Assembly: GCA_965644495.1 (NCBI GenBank) | Contig: CBFFSA010000001.1 | Coordinates: 2,604,001-2,668,000 of the forward strand | Length of the DNA: 64,000 nucleotides | Reading direction: 5' to 3' | Origin: Perkinsela sp. CCAP 1560/9 | Lineage: Eukaryota > Protista > Euglenozoa: Kinetoplastea | In this document: positions 44,521 to 60,195 of the stretch, in pieces | Layout: every line of letters begins with the position of its first letter | How positions within the stretch are numbered: the first letter of the stretch is position 1 | The notes under the pieces: generated by a model | What the model was told of the DNA's origin: nothing | Database searches by the model: none | The model's input: the letters and a program-made list of their open reading frames with translations, nothing else | Made by a program: the position numbers and the translations under genes

Positions 44521-47225
44521 ATGGCCAAGGAAAAGAAGCAACTTACGGGAAGCATCAAAAAGCTAGAAACACAAATTGAGGAAATGGAAAAAAGGAACAA
44601 CGAACTTTCAACCACCCTTTAGCGTGTAGTAGCCGAAAATTCGGAGCTTTGTCGGTTCGCTTCTCGCCCAGAAGAAACCACACACGAACGAACAGAAGTG
44701 ACAAAATATTGGACGCATTTGCTCGAAACAGGAATGTCTTCACATCAAGTCACGGCAATTCGAAGGGCATACGAAGAATTAAAAACAAAAACTACATGTA
44801 CTTCCCTTTGGTTCTTTTCTCCGGAGCCTAGGAGTTCATTGGAAACGTTTTTTACCTTGCCATGGATCATATGGGCGCCCATGCGCCAAGGCGAAAAAGA
44901 AAACCTACACTGTCTTCATTGCAAGAGCGATTGACTTTCATGAAGCTTTCTCCTGTGCGTCGGATTTTTAATCTTTCGACACCAATGTACTATCTTTGTG
45001 AAGTGTATCAATGTCGTAGCACTGAGTGTCGTAAGGTAATATCAAGTGATGAAAAGAGCTTAATTTCCAGCCTATCCCACAAGGCACGAAATTCCTTTCC
45101 TATTATTAAAACTGAGAAATTGGGGATGACTAGACGACTTTCAACGGCCATTATGGCAATAGGAACTAGTGGTTCTAATATGAGTGAATTTCAAGGTATT
45201 CTGCAAGAAGTGTATGCCGTCGATTACCATCAGCGGACGTTGCAGTATCTGAGTAATAAGCGCGATGAAAGACACATTTTTGAATTAAAGCACACGGAAA
45301 AATTTGGATTTCGCTGGGATCCTAATTGCGTGGAAGCTATTTCAAATCGAATTTCACAAGAATGGATGACTCCATCAGTGGATCATTTTCAGGATGTTTT
45401 GATTTCATTACTCCAGCAGCGCCAGGTGGAGTGTGACAACTATATGTCCGAGCTGACTGGTACAGTGCTTGCAATGGATCATACTTTCGAGACCGCAAAG
45501 TGCATTCGACTGCGTGGGGAAGCACCGTTTCGTTCTCACTTTGTTGTTCACAATGAAATTGGTGAGATTTTGGCTGCCGTATACACTCGAAATGAAAGTT
45601 TTGACACTTTGCACAATGTTCTTTCAAACATAGCATCACGTCCAGGAAGCAAAGCAATGGTTATATATGTTGACAACTGTTGCACAGTACGTTCTAAAAT
45701 ACAACGCCACTTTCCATCTGCACATATTAAATGCGATTTATGGCATTGGCTGCACCGTTTCGCAGCTGTTATCCCACGCACTTCAGCATCAAATCGGCAA
45801 AAAATGTTTTACACCGAGCTTTGCCGATCTGTAGTAGAGCCTCTTACTATCGCTTTGTCAAAAAAGGAACATCTTGATGCGCATGAGAAAGTTATTCCAC
45901 GTCCGGCAAAATTGTTTTCTAAAATGGAACTCCTGAAGGAAAAATATTCGGACATCTTTACATGGAACCCCAAGTTAGCTTCTCTCTGGCCGTACGCAAT
46001 AGCCCACATCGAGCGGGACTGCCTCAGTGACCCTACAGATGTGAATTTGACGCGCGTGGATAAGGATATGGTGTATCGTTCCAGCCGAGGAACCAACATT
46101 TGTGAAAGTTTTCATTCTCGTTTGAAAGCTAAAGTGAAGCTTCGCGCGCGTAGCTCAGCAGAAACTGTAGACGCGCTGACAAGGAGCTTTATTTATCGAA
46201 GTAATGTGAAATGTGCTGTGAGATTCAAATCAGCGCCGGATATGATGTGTTTCGACGCTCTGTTGTTTCGAACCTTGAAAGAAACCTTCTCTTCTCTCTT
46301 CCTGGGGGCGGACGATGCAAGATTATGTAATAGTCCTTTTGCACTTCTCCCTGTGGCGAAACAACTAACGACTCATGAACTGTTCTTCACACAATATGTT
46401 CACCCTGTTCAATCTGGGGATGGATATGCACTTATCCCACATTCCTTGTCTGACAATCAGCTGAGTAATGTTCGCAGCTGGGCGCAAAATAAGTTTGGTT
46501 GCGAGCCCGTATTTCTTGGCAAAGACGATGTGGAATTTAACTTCGCACTTTCGGCTACACCAACTAAGCACGAGGAAAAGGTGCGTTTCCTAGGTGGAGA
46601 GTGCACCGCAGCGTCAATGATGAGCACACTTGAATACTTGTGTGCGGGAGATCCCTGTATTCTGCGGTGCGATACATCGCGGGTGGACAAAGATACGACG
46701 TTCGAACGAGTTCTTGAACACTTGAGCAAGCCCGAGAACGACGTCGAGGAAGTTATAACCAAGGTTTCGCACGGGCAATTATTTCTTCCCCTAGTTCGCT
46801 CTCTTGCCAATGTCATTTCAAGCACTGTACTCGTTTTGCACGAGCTTTCACACGTACCATATCTAGTGGTTCCTTTCGATTCCGTATCACCAACTCCGCA
46901 GAGGCACAGAATATGCGGTGTTTGCGTACTTGATATCCCTGGTGTAGGGATATTTAAAACTTTTGATACAGATTTTGATGTAGGTTTGGGGGCGAACGAG
47001 GAGATCATAATGGTTGATGACTTACCTGTACAACATTTTACCGCGACAGGAAATAGCAACGCATGTCACCTGGCAACACATTTACATGCTCCAAGAATTG
47101 ATCCTCGCCAAAGAAACGTGATACTTTTTGAAGCCTTTTTGGAAGAGTATTTGAGGTGGAATGGATTGCCTCGGCTAGTTTTTCCCAACTTACTTTGCTG
47201 TTTTCGACTTCAAGATGAGGAGTAG
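44521..47225 (+). pseudogene. DDE-type transposase, copy 2 (core ORF 44862-47225)
   Basis: Same protein and same lesions as copy 1. Confidence 0.65.
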
Positions 47226-50200
47226 TTGCAGTTTCAGTTTCGTTTGTTGAACGTATTCTTTTCGGAGAATGTTTCAGGGCTTTCTTAACTCCGGTTGCAA
47301 AATTGCTCTTAATGTGATCATCCCTAAGCGCAGACCAGAAGGGCGGCTGTAGTTTCTTTTCTTGTTTTTTCCAACGAAAATTAAAGTTTGAAGATAGTAC
47401 GCAGTGTCTGGTTGGAATAGGGGGGATGCAAACCTTTTGTTTACGTATCGACGAGAAAAATCGACGATTTACGATTATATGATCTAGTTGTTTTGTCAAT
47501 CCTTCTGGATATTTTTTTGGACTTTGGAAAGCGATATGTCCACTTGCGCCGCGCACAGCATCCTTCATGTGCAGACTGGGCGCCCATTGAATGCAACAAA
47601 CTGTGTAGCGCCTTAGTCCGCTTAGTGCGGCATTTCCAGCCTCGTACTGTAAGAAGAGGTGCATTTAAATCTCCGCAAATGATTTTCACAGGGCTTTTAT
47701 CATCATACCAGGCATCAAACAAATTTTCATCAAAGGTACCTTGGATCGATGTGTTAGCTGTTGCAGTGGGGGGGTACACATTGAACAAGAATGCCTTGGT
47801 ATTCTCCAGTATCCAAAAAAAAAAAATATTCTCCAGAAAAAAAGAAAAATATTCTCCAGAAGAAGGTTGGCCTTCATTATTCGATCACTAACTTTCTCAA
47901 CATTGAGAGGGTATCTGCTGATTATTGCCATTCCGTTGTATCCGTTAACAGCACTCATCAGATAAAGGTGAATAAGAATTCCGTTAAGAAAAAGCTTACG
48001 ATGTAAGATGGGATCGTCACCTTGGAACGTCAGCCTCGTTTCCTGCAGATTCATAATGTCAGCACATTGACATATAAGATTGACTCTTTATATCCGTTGC
48101 CTTTACCTTTAGGGTATCAACATTTAGAGTACTAATCGTGAACCCCCCTCTCTAGTCCAAAGCGCATGGCCGCCACACGTTTCAACAGCAACCGCTGGAA
48201 CACGGCAACCAAAACACTTAACCAACCAGACACCCAAGAAGAGCGTAGTTGTGTATTGAGTTGAGTAGTGAGGTGGCGGAGTGGCAAGAATTCAAAGTTT
48301 GAAGAACATGGTGGTCATACAGCGAGTTCAAAACCGCTCATCACATTATTACTGGCGATTATTACTTACATTATTACTGGCGCGGTGCGGGTGTAGTTGG
48401 TAGACGGTGGGTCTTACAACTTGCAGGTTCCGGGTTCGATTCCAGCTATCGACAAAACTCGCAACCTGGCGGCCTCACTACAAAGGGAAAGCGATCAGTA
48501 GTGCCTTCAAGGCCCACACCCAACCCCGCTCCCTGGAGGACCGACCCGGAACCGCCTCGCCGAACCAGGCCCCAGCGCAGCCGCTAAATTGCGAGCTGCT
48601 TACGCAAAGGAGGCTTGAGACACAGCCTACACGATGCAACGGGGTTGGACGCCCGTCCGGGTAGCTACCGGGATGGTGAACAAAATCACCATCATCCAAA
48701 TCATTCCGGAATGCTCCGGATGGTCGCTGGCAATCCAGACCCTTCACAGACAGATTTGGAAGTTCCGATGCCGACGTCCTCTACCAGTTTCCGCTTTTCC
48801 AAGGCGGCACCAGGGCGGAGGTGGCGGAGGTGGCGAAGTGGCAAGAATTCAAAGTTTGAAGCACATAGTGCTCAGACGGCGAGTTCAAACCCGCTCATCG
48901 CAATATTCCCGGCGGCCTCACTCTAAGAGGCTGGGCTGATAACCGACTAGGCCCAGTACTCGGAGGACCGTCCCGGACCCTCCCCTCAGGGAACCAGCTC
49001 CCTTACCCGGCTTAAACCTCTTGGGTAAGCCGTGTTGACGTACAGTTCGTCGACGCAGCGTGTTGGCAACAGCACGTTCGTTCCGCCTTGGAAAAGCGGA
49101 AACTGGTGGAGGACGTCGGCCTCGGAACTTCCAAATCTGTCTGTGAAGGGCCTGGCTTGCCAGTGACCATCCGGAGCAATCCGGAATGATTTGGATTTTG
49201 GATTTGGGCGATGAGAGTCTCGGTTTTGGATTGAGAACGTTCGGACGGAGAGTTCATCGCTGTTTAAGAGTAAGGAAGAATGTTCTTTGTGTTAAAGTTA
49301 AAAAACACAGGGTTACAAGTAATATTATTTATAATAAAACACTTCAAAACTACTGTACGTGAGTTTGCGTTTTTGCATTGTAAAAGAAACCCTCTTTACT
49401 AGTGTTCGTTAATATGAGCAAATCATTTCACCAATAAGTCGGATACCAATTTAAGTGTATCAGACATGTTCTCGAGCAAAACGAAACTCAGTTATTCGAT
49501 GCAAAAAAAAAAAAAAAAAAAAATTATTCGATGCGAAGCCAGATTGAAGAACCAATTTTGAGAATTCAATGATTTTTGAGCTCCGATTTCGTACGAAAGG
49601 TTTAATTGGGACAAAACTTAGCTTCAGGGGGGCCTAAAAGATAAAACAACCACACTAAATTCCTTAGCTCGGTACAATAAAAGAAACCGGCTTCACATAT
49701 AATAACTGAGTTTCGTTTTGCTCGAGAACACTCTCTTATCACCTAATCTCCATCCCCTCTTAATGTGAACTAACGCATCCATGAGTTAACATTCAACTTA
49801 AATGGAGTGTACACTTATCTCTCGCAATCTAATAATAACCAAAAACAAATACTTTCTGTCTTTCGCACCGCATATGGGTCTTGAAGGCATTGCTTATCGC
49901 TCTACCTTTATAGTGAGGCCGCCAGGGTGCCAGTTGTGTCAACAGAGTGAATCGAACCCCCAACCTGCAGGTTGTAAGGCCCACCGTCTTCCAACTGCAC
50001 CCGCACCCATTTTTCAAGGGGTGTTCTATGCCAGCACATGGAGAAGAATCGAATGAAACCCAAGTGTCTACAGGTATATCAGGCCCCAAACTCTCAAAAA
50101 ACGGTCTAGGAGTTGATTTGGGAAAAAAATAATTTTTAACTTTCACCCATAAATTTTTAGTTTTTTTTTTGAAAATTGCAAAAATTGCTATGATCACCTT

Positions 50201-51005
50201 GGTGGGGGGGGGGCAGCGGTACCCATCGGAATTGTTGAAAAACTAGTGATCTCGTCACTCAATTCGATTCATACGTCTTCCTTTTTTCCTTGCGCCTCCT
50301 CCATCCTCATCGGCCACACACTTCAAGGTAAATTTTGGACTATGTAGGTGTATTATCGGCACAGGGTGGAGAAATATCAAATGAAATCAAAGAGTATACA
50401 GGTATAGAAGGCTCCAAACTCTCAAAAAACGGTATAGGAGTTGATTTGGGAAAAATATATTTTTTCACTTTCACCCATAAATTTTTATTTTTTTTTGCAA
50501 AATTTCAAAAATTGCTATGATCACCCTGGTGGGGAGGTGGGGGGGGGCAGTGGGTACACATCGGAATTGTTGAAAAACTGTTAGTTCCGCCATAGTGACA
50601 GCAACTATTGGGTTGAAGAGTCACTAGTGAGTTCTCTATTGAGTTGCACGCATCTGGATTGCTAAAACTCAATAGTAAACTCAATAGTAGCTGAAGTGTG
50701 TTTCTATTATTGAGTCTGAACTTAATAGTTCCTATGAAACTTGTGTACTATTGAGTCTGAACTTCATACCTAATTTTTTTGTAGTCCAATAATTTTTTTT
50801 GATTTCGTCAAAATTGTTTTCCCAGAAACGATTTCTAGTACATGTTTGAGAGTTTAAAGCCTTAGCTATTGTACCCTGACTGTTCAAGATGATCACTTTA
50901 CAAACAAAACTATTGAACCTTCCTGGTACTCTAAAAATCATTTCTAGATTTCTGATTATTTAAGTCATATCTTGTGAAACGGACCTACTGAACGTCATCC
51001 AAACA

Positions 51006-53710
51006 ATGGCCAAGGAAAAGAAGCAACTTACGGGAAGCATCAAAAAGCTAGAAACACAAATTGAGGAAATGGAAAAAAGGAACAACGAACTTTCAACCAC
51101 CCTTTAGCGTGTAGTAGCCGAAAATTCGGAGCTTTGTCGGTTCGCTTCTCGCCCAGAAGAAACCACACACGAACGAACAGAAGTGACAAAATATTGGACG
51201 CATTTGCTCGAAACAGGAATGTCTTCACATCAAGTCACGGCAATTCGAAGGGCATACGAAGAATTAAAAACAAAAACTACATGTACTTCCCTTTGGTTCT
51301 TTTCTCCGGAGCCTAGGAGTTCATTGGAAACGTTTTTTACCTTGCCATGGATCATATGGGCGCCCATGCGCCAAGGCGAAAAAGAAAACCTACACTGTCT
51401 TCATTGCAAGAGCGATTGACTTTCATGAAGCTTTCTCCTGTGCGTCGGATTTTTAATCTTTCGACACCAATGTACTATCTTTGTGAAGTGTATCAATGTC
51501 GTAGCACTGAGTGTCGTAAGGTAATATCAAGTGATGAAAAGAGCTTAATTTCCAGCCTATCCCACAAGGCACGAAATTCCTTTCCTATTATTAAAACTGA
51601 GAAATTGGGGATGACTAGACGACTTTCAACGGCCATTATGGCAATAGGAACTAGTGGTTCTAATATGAGTGAATTTCAAGGTATTCTGCAAGAAGTGTAT
51701 GCCGTCGATTACCATCAGCGGACGTTGCAGTATCTGAGTAATAAGCGCGATGAAAGACACATTTTTGAATTAAAGCACACGGAAAAATTTGGATTTCGCT
51801 GGGATCCTAATTGCGTGGAAGCTATTTCAAATCGAATTTCACAAGAATGGATGACTCCATCAGTGGATCATTTTCAGGATGTTTTGATTTCATTACTCCA
51901 GCAGCGCCAGGTGGAGTGTGACAACTATATGTCCGAGCTGACTGGTACAGTGCTTGCAATGGATCATACTTTCGAGACCGCAAAGTGCATTCGACTGCGT
52001 GGGGAAGCACCGTTTCGTTCTCACTTTGTTGTTCACAATGAAATTGGTGAGATTTTGGCTGCCGTATACACTCGAAATGAAAGTTTTGACACTTTGCACA
52101 ATGTTCTTTCAAACATAGCATCACGTCCAGGAAGCAAAGCAATGGTTATATATGTTGACAACTGTTGCACAGTACGTTCTAAAATACAACGCCACTTTCC
52201 ATCTGCACATATTAAATGCGATTTATGGCATTGGCTGCACCGTTTCGCAGCTGTTATCCCACGCACTTCAGCATCAAATCGGCAAAAAATGTTTTACACC
52301 GAGCTTTGCCGATCTGTAGTAGAGCCTCTTACTATCGCTTTGTCAAAAAAGGAACATCTTGATGCGCATGAGAAAGTTATTCCACGTCCGGCAAAATTGT
52401 TTTCTAAAATGGAACTCCTGAAGGAAAAATATTCGGACATCTTTACATGGAACCCCAAGTTAGCTTCTCTCTGGCCGTACGCAATAGCCCACATCGAGCG
52501 GGACTGCCTCAGTGACCCTACAGATGTGAATTTGACGCGCGTGGATAAGGATATGGTGTATCGTTCCAGCCGAGGAACCAACATTTGTGAAAGTTTTCAT
52601 TCTCGTTTGAAAGCTAAAGTGAAGCTTCGCGCGCGTAGCTCAGCAGAAACTGTAGACGCGCTGACAAGGAGCTTTATTTATCGAAGTAATGTGAAATGTG
52701 CTGTGAGATTCAAATCAGCGCCGGATATGATGTGTTTCGACGCTCTGTTGTTTCGAACCTTGAAAGAAACCTTCTCTTCTCTCTTCCTGGGGGCGGACGA
52801 TGCAAGATTATGTAATAGTCCTTTTGCACTTCTCCCTGTGGCGAAACAACTAACGACTCATGAACTGTTCTTCACACAATATGTTCACCCTGTTCAATCT
52901 GGGGATGGATATGCACTTATCCCACATTCCTTGTCTGACAATCAGCTGAGTAATGTTCGCAGCTGGGCGCAAAATAAGTTTGGTTGCGAGCCCGTATTTC
53001 TTGGCAAAGACGATGTGGAATTTAACTTCGCACTTTCGGCTACACCAACTAAGCACGAGGAAAAGGTGCGTTTCCTAGGTGGAGAGTGCACCGCAGCGTC
53101 AATGATGAGCACACTTGAATACTTGTGTGCGGGAGATCCCTGTATTCTGCGGTGCGATACATCGCGGGTGGACAAAGATACGACGTTCGAACGAGTTCTT
53201 GAACACTTGAGCAAGCCCGAGAACGACGTCGAGGAAGTTATAACCAAGGTTTCGCACGGGCAATTATTTCTTCCCCTAGTTCGCTCTCTTGCCAATGTCA
53301 TTTCAAGCACTGTACTCGTTTTGCACGAGCTTTCACACGTACCATATCTAGTGGTTCCTTTCGATTCCGTATCACCAACTCCGCAGAGGCACAGAATATG
53401 CGGTGTTTGCGTACTTGATATCCCTGGTGTAGGGATATTTAAAACTTTTGATACAGATTTTGATGTAGGTTTGGGGGCGAACGAGGAGATCATAATGGTT
53501 GATGACTTACCTGTACAACATTTTACCGCGACAGGAAATAGCAACGCATGTCACCTGGCAACACATTTACATGCTCCAAGAATTGATCCTCGCCAAAGAA
53601 ACGTGATCCTTTTTGAAGCCTTTTTGGAAGAGTATTTGAGGTGGAATGGATTGCCTCGGCTAGTTTTTCCCAACTTACTTTGCTGTTTTCGACTTCAAGA
53701 TGAGGAGTAG
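51006..53710 (+). pseudogene. DDE-type transposase, copy 3 (core ORF 51347-53710)
   Basis: Same protein and same lesions as copy 1. Confidence 0.65.
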
Positions 53711-56700
53711 TTGCAGTTTCAGTTTCGTTTGTTGAACGTATTCTTTTCGGAGAATGTTTCAGGGCTTTCTTAACTCCGGTTGCAAAATTGCTCTTAATGT
53801 GATCATCCCTAAGCGCAGACCAGAAGGGCGGCTGTAGTTTCTTTTCTTGTTTTTTCCAACGAAAATTAAAGTTTGAAGATAGTACGCAGTGTCTGGTTGG
53901 AATAGGGGGGATGCAAACCTTTTGTTTACGTATCGACGAGAAAAATCGACGATTTACGATTATATGATCTAGTTGTTTTGTCAATCCTTCTGGATATTTT
54001 TTTGGACTTTGGAAAGCGATATGTCCACTTGCGCCGCGCACAGCATCCTTCATGTGCAGACTGGGCGCCCATTGAATGCAACAAACTGTGTAGCGCCTTA
54101 GTCCGCTTAGTGCGGCATTTCCAGCCTCGTACTGTAAGAAGAGGTGCATTTAAATCTCCGCAAATGATTTTCACAGGGCTTTTATCATCATACCAGGCAT
54201 CAAACAAATTTTCATCAAAGGTACCTTGGATCGATGTGTTAGCTGTTGCAGTGGGGGGGTACACATTGAACAAGAATGCCTTGGTATTCTCCAGTATCCA
54301 AAAAAAAAAAATATTCTCCAGAAAAAAAGAAAAATATTCTCCAGAAGAAGGTTGGCCTTCATTATTCGATCACTAACTTTCTCAACATTGAGAGGGTATC
54401 TGCTGATTATTGCCATTCCGTTGTATCCGTTAACAGCACTCATCAGATAAAGGTGAATAAGAATTCCGTTAAGAAAAAGCTTACGATGTAAGATGGGATC
54501 GTCACCTTGGAACGTCAGCCTCGTTTCCTGCAGATTCATAATGTCAGCACATTGACATATAAGATTGACTCTTTATATCCGTTGCCTTTACCTTTAGGGT
54601 ATCAACATTTAGAGTACTAATCGTGAACCCCCCTCTCTAGTCCAAAGCGCATGGCCGCCACACGTTTCAACAGCAACCGCTGGAACACGGCAACCAAAAC
54701 ACTTAACCAACCAGACACCCAAGAAGAGCGTAGTTGTGTATTGAGTTGAGTAGTGAGGTGGCGGAGTGGCAAGAATTCAAAGTTTGAAGAACATGGTGGT
54801 CATACAGCGAGTTCAAAACCGCTCATCACATTATTACTGGCGATTATTACTTACATTATTACTGGCGCGGTGCGGGTGTAGTTGGTAGACGGTGGGTCTT
54901 ACAACTTGCAGGTTCCGGGTTCGATTCCAGCTATCGACAAAACTCGCAACCTGGCGGCCTCACTACAAAGGGAAAGCGATCAGTAGTGCCTTCAAGGCCC
55001 ACACCCAACCCCGCTCCCTGGAGGACCGACCCGGAACCGCCTCGCCGAACCAGGCCCCAGCGCAGCCGCTAAATTGCGAGCTGCTTACGCAAAGGAGGCT
55101 TGAGACACAGCCTACACGATGCAACGGGGTTGGACGCCCGTCCGGGTAGCTACCGGGATGGTGAACAAAATCACCATCATCCAAATCATTCCGGAATGCT
55201 CCGGATGGTCGCTGGCAATCCAGACCCTTCACAGACAGATTTGGAAGTTCCGATGCCGACGTCCTCTACCAGTTTCCGCTTTTCCAAGGCGGCACCAGGG
55301 CGGAGGTGGCGGAGGTGGCGAAGTGGCAAGAATTCAAAGTTTGAAGCACATAGTGCTCAGACGGCGAGTTCAAACCCGCTCATCGCAATATTCCCGGCGG
55401 CCTCACTCTAAGAGGCTGGGCTGATAACCGACTAGGCCCAGTACTCGGAGGACCGTCCCGGACCCTCCCCTCAGGGAACCAGCTCCCTTACCCGGCTTAA
55501 ACCTCTTGGGTAAGCCGTGTTGACGTACAGTTCGTCGACGCAGCGTGTTGGCAACAGCACGTTCGTTCCGCCTTGGAAAAGCGGAAACTGGTGGAGGACG
55601 TCGGCCTCGGAACTTCCAAATCTGTCTGTGAAGGGCCTGGCTTGCCAGTGACCATCCGGAGCAATCCGGAATGATTTGGATTTTGGATTTGGGCGATGAG
55701 AGTCTCGGTTTTGGATTGAGAACGTTCGGACGGAGAGTTCATCGCTGTTTAAGAGTAAGGAAGAATGTTCTTTGTGTTAAAGTTAAAAAACACAGGGTTA
55801 CAAGTAATATTATTTATAATAAAACACTTCAAAACTACTGTACGTGAGTTTGCGTTTTTGCATTGTAAAAGAAACCCTCTTTACTAGTGTTCGTTAATAT
55901 GAGCAAATCATTTCACCAATAAGTCGGATACCAATTTAAGTGTATCAGACATGTTCTCGAGCAAAACGAAACTCAGTTATTCGATGCAAAAAAAAAAAAA
56001 AAAAAAAATTATTCGATGCGAAGCCAGATTGAAGAACCAATTTTGAGAATTCAATGATTTTTGAGCTCCGATTTCGTACGAAAGGTTTAATTGGGACAAA
56101 ACTTAGCTTCAGGGGGGCCTAAAAGATAAAACAACCACACTAAATTCCTTAGCTCGGTACAATAAAAGAAACCGGCTTCACATATAATAACTGAGTTTCG
56201 TTTTGCTCGAGAACACTCTCTTATCACCTAATCTCCATCCCCTCTTAATGTGAACTAACGCATCCATGAGTTAACATTCAACTTAAATGGAGTGTACACT
56301 TATCTCTCGCAATCTAATAATAACCAAAAACAAATACTTTCTGTCTTTCGCACCGCATATGGGTCTTGAAGGCATTGCTTATCGCTCTACCTTTATAGTG
56401 AGGCCGCCAGGGTGCCAGTTGTGTCAACAGAGTGAATCGAACCCCCAACCTGCAGGTTGTAAGGCCCACCGTCTTCCAACTGCACCCGCACCCATTTTTC
56501 AAGGGGTGTTCTATGCCAGCACATGGAGAAGAATCGAATGAAACCCAAGTGTCTACAGGTATATCAGGCCCCAAACTCTCAAAAAACGGTCTAGGAGTTG
56601 ATTTGGGAAAAAAATAATTTTTAACTTTCACCCATAAATTTTTAGTTTTTTTTTTGAAAATTGCAAAAATTGCTATGATCACCTTGGTGGGGGGGGGGCA

Positions 56701-57490
56701 GCGGTACCCATCGGAATTGTTGAAAAACTAGTGATCTCGTCACTCAATTCGATTCATACGTCTTCCTTTTTTCCTTGCGCCTCCTCCATCCTCATCGGCC
56801 ACACACTTCAAGGTAAATTTTGGACTATGTAGGTGTATTATCGGCACAGGGTGGAGAAATATCAAATGAAATCAAAGAGTATACAGGTATAGAAGGCTCC
56901 AAACTCTCAAAAAACGGTATAGGAGTTGATTTGGGAAAAATATATTTTTTCACTTTCACCCATAAATTTTTATTTTTTTTTGCAAAATTTCAAAAATTGC
57001 TATGATCACCCTGGTGGGGAGGTGGGGGGGGGCAGTGGGTACACATCGGAATTGTTGAAAAACTGTTAGTTCCGCCATAGTGACAGCAACTATTGGGTTG
57101 AAGAGTCACTAGTGAGTTCTCTATTGAGTTGCACGCATCTGGATTGCTAAAACTCAATAGTAAACTCAATAGTAGCTGAAGTGTGTTTCTATTATTGAGT
57201 CTGAACTTAATAGTTCCTATGAAACTTGTGTACTATTGAGTCTGAACTTCATACCTAATTTTTTTGTAGTCCAATAATTTTTTTTGATTTCGTCAAAATT
57301 GTTTTCCCAGAAACGATTTCTAGTACATGTTTGAGAGTTTAAAGCCTTAGCTATTGTACCCTGACTGTTCAAGATGATCACTTTACAAACAAAACTATTG
57401 AACCTTCCTGGTACTCTAAAAATCATTTCTAGATTTCTGATTATTTAAGTCATATCTTGTGAAACGGACCTACTGAACGTCATCCAAACA

Positions 57491-60195
57491 ATGGCCAAGG
57501 AAAAGAAGCAACTTACGGGAAGCATCAAAAAGCTAGAAACACAAATTGAGGAAATGGAAAAAAGGAACAACGAACTTTCAACCACCCTTTAGCGTGTAGT
57601 AGCCGAAAATTCGGAGCTTTGTCGGTTCGCTTCTCGCCCAGAAGAAACCACACACGAACGAACAGAAGTGACAAAATATTGGACGCATTTGCTCGAAACA
57701 GGAATGTCTTCACATCAAGTCACGGCAATTCGAAGGGCATACGAAGAATTAAAAACAAAAACTACATGTACTTCCCTTTGGTTCTTTTCTCCGGAGCCTA
57801 GGAGTTCATTGGAAACGTTTTTTACCTTGCCATGGATCATATGGGCGCCCATGCGCCAAGGCGAAAAAGAAAACCTACACTGTCTTCATTGCAAGAGCGA
57901 TTGACTTTCATGAAGCTTTCTCCTGTGCGTCGGATTTTTAATCTTTCGACACCAATGTACTATCTTTGTGAAGTGTATCAATGTCGTAGCACTGAGTGTC
58001 GTAAGGTAATATCAAGTGATGAAAAGAGCTTAATTTCCAGCCTATCCCACAAGGCACGAAATTCCTTTCCTATTATTAAAACTGAGAAATTGGGGATGAC
58101 TAGACGACTTTCAACGGCCATTATGGCAATAGGAACTAGTGGTTCTAATATGAGTGAATTTCAAGGTATTCTGCAAGAAGTGTATGCCGTCGATTACCAT
58201 CAGCGGACGTTGCAGTATCTGAGTAATAAGCGCGATGAAAGACACATTTTTGAATTAAAGCACACGGAAAAATTTGGATTTCGCTGGGATCCTAATTGCG
58301 TGGAAGCTATTTCAAATCGAATTTCACAAGAATGGATGACTCCATCAGTGGATCATTTTCAGGATGTTTTGATTTCATTACTCCAGCAGCGCCAGGTGGA
58401 GTGTGACAACTATATGTCCGAGCTGACTGGTACAGTGCTTGCAATGGATCATACTTTCGAGACCGCAAAGTGCATTCGACTGCGTGGGGAAGCACCGTTT
58501 CGTTCTCACTTTGTTGTTCACAATGAAATTGGTGAGATTTTGGCTGCCGTATACACTCGAAATGAAAGTTTTGACACTTTGCACAATGTTCTTTCAAACA
58601 TAGCATCACGTCCAGGAAGCAAAGCAATGGTTATATATGTTGACAACTGTTGCACAGTACGTTCTAAAATACAACGCCACTTTCCATCTGCACATATTAA
58701 ATGCGATTTATGGCATTGGCTGCACCGTTTCGCAGCTGTTATCCCACGCACTTCAGCATCAAATCGGCAAAAAATGTTTTACACCGAGCTTTGCCGATCT
58801 GTAGTAGAGCCTCTTACTATCGCTTTGTCAAAAAAGGAACATCTTGATGCGCATGAGAAAGTTATTCCACGTCCGGCAAAATTGTTTTCTAAAATGGAAC
58901 TCCTGAAGGAAAAATATTCGGACATCTTTACATGGAACCCCAAGTTAGCTTCTCTCTGGCCGTACGCAATAGCCCACATCGAGCGGGACTGCCTCAGTGA
59001 CCCTACAGATGTGAATTTGACGCGCGTGGATAAGGATATGGTGTATCGTTCCAGCCGAGGAACCAACATTTGTGAAAGTTTTCATTCTCGTTTGAAAGCT
59101 AAAGTGAAGCTTCGCGCGCGTAGCTCAGCAGAAACTGTAGACGCGCTGACAAGGAGCTTTATTTATCGAAGTAATGTGAAATGTGCTGTGAGATTCAAAT
59201 CAGCGCCGGATATGATGTGTTTCGACGCTCTGTTGTTTCGAACCTTGAAAGAAACCTTCTCTTCTCTCTTCCTGGGGGCGGACGATGCAAGATTATGTAA
59301 TAGTCCTTTTGCACTTCTCCCTGTGGCGAAACAACTAACGACTCATGAACTGTTCTTCACACAATATGTTCACCCTGTTCAATCTGGGGATGGATATGCA
59401 CTTATCCCACATTCCTTGTCTGACAATCAGCTGAGTAATGTTCGCAGCTGGGCGCAAAATAAGTTTGGTTGCGAGCCCGTATTTCTTGGCAAAGACGATG
59501 TGGAATTTAACTTCGCACTTTCGGCTACACCAACTAAGCACGAGGAAAAGGTGCGTTTCCTAGGTGGAGAGTGCACCGCAGCGTCAATGATGAGCACACT
59601 TGAATACTTGTGTGCGGGAGATCCCTGTATTCTGCGGTGCGATACATCGCGGGTGGACAAAGATACGACGTTCGAACGAGTTCTTGAACACTTGAGCAAG
59701 CCCGAGAACGACGTCGAGGAAGTTATAACCAAGGTTTCGCACGGGCAATTATTTCTTCCCCTAGTTCGCTCTCTTGCCAATGTCATTTCAAGCACTGTAC
59801 TCGTTTTGCACGAGCTTTCACACGTACCATATCTAGTGGTTCCTTTCGATTCCGTATCACCAACTCCGCAGAGGCACAGAATATGCGGTGTTTGCGTACT
59901 TGATATCCCTGGTGTAGGGATATTTAAAACTTTTGATACAGATTTTGATGTAGGTTTGGGGGCGAACGAGGAGATCATAATGGTTGATGACTTACCTGTA
60001 CAACATTTTACCGCGACAGGAAATAGCAACGCATGTCACCTGGCAACACATTTACATGCTCCAAGAATTGATCCTCGCCAAAGAAACGTGATCCTTTTTG
60101 AAGCCTTTTTGGAAGAGTATTTGAGGTGGAATGGATTGCCTCGGCTAGTTTTTCCCAACTTACTTTGCTGTTTTCGACTTCAAGATGAGGAGTAG
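57491..60195 (+). pseudogene. DDE-type transposase, copy 4 (core ORF 57832-60195); a fifth copy begins at 63976
   Basis: Same protein and same lesions as copy 1. Confidence 0.65.
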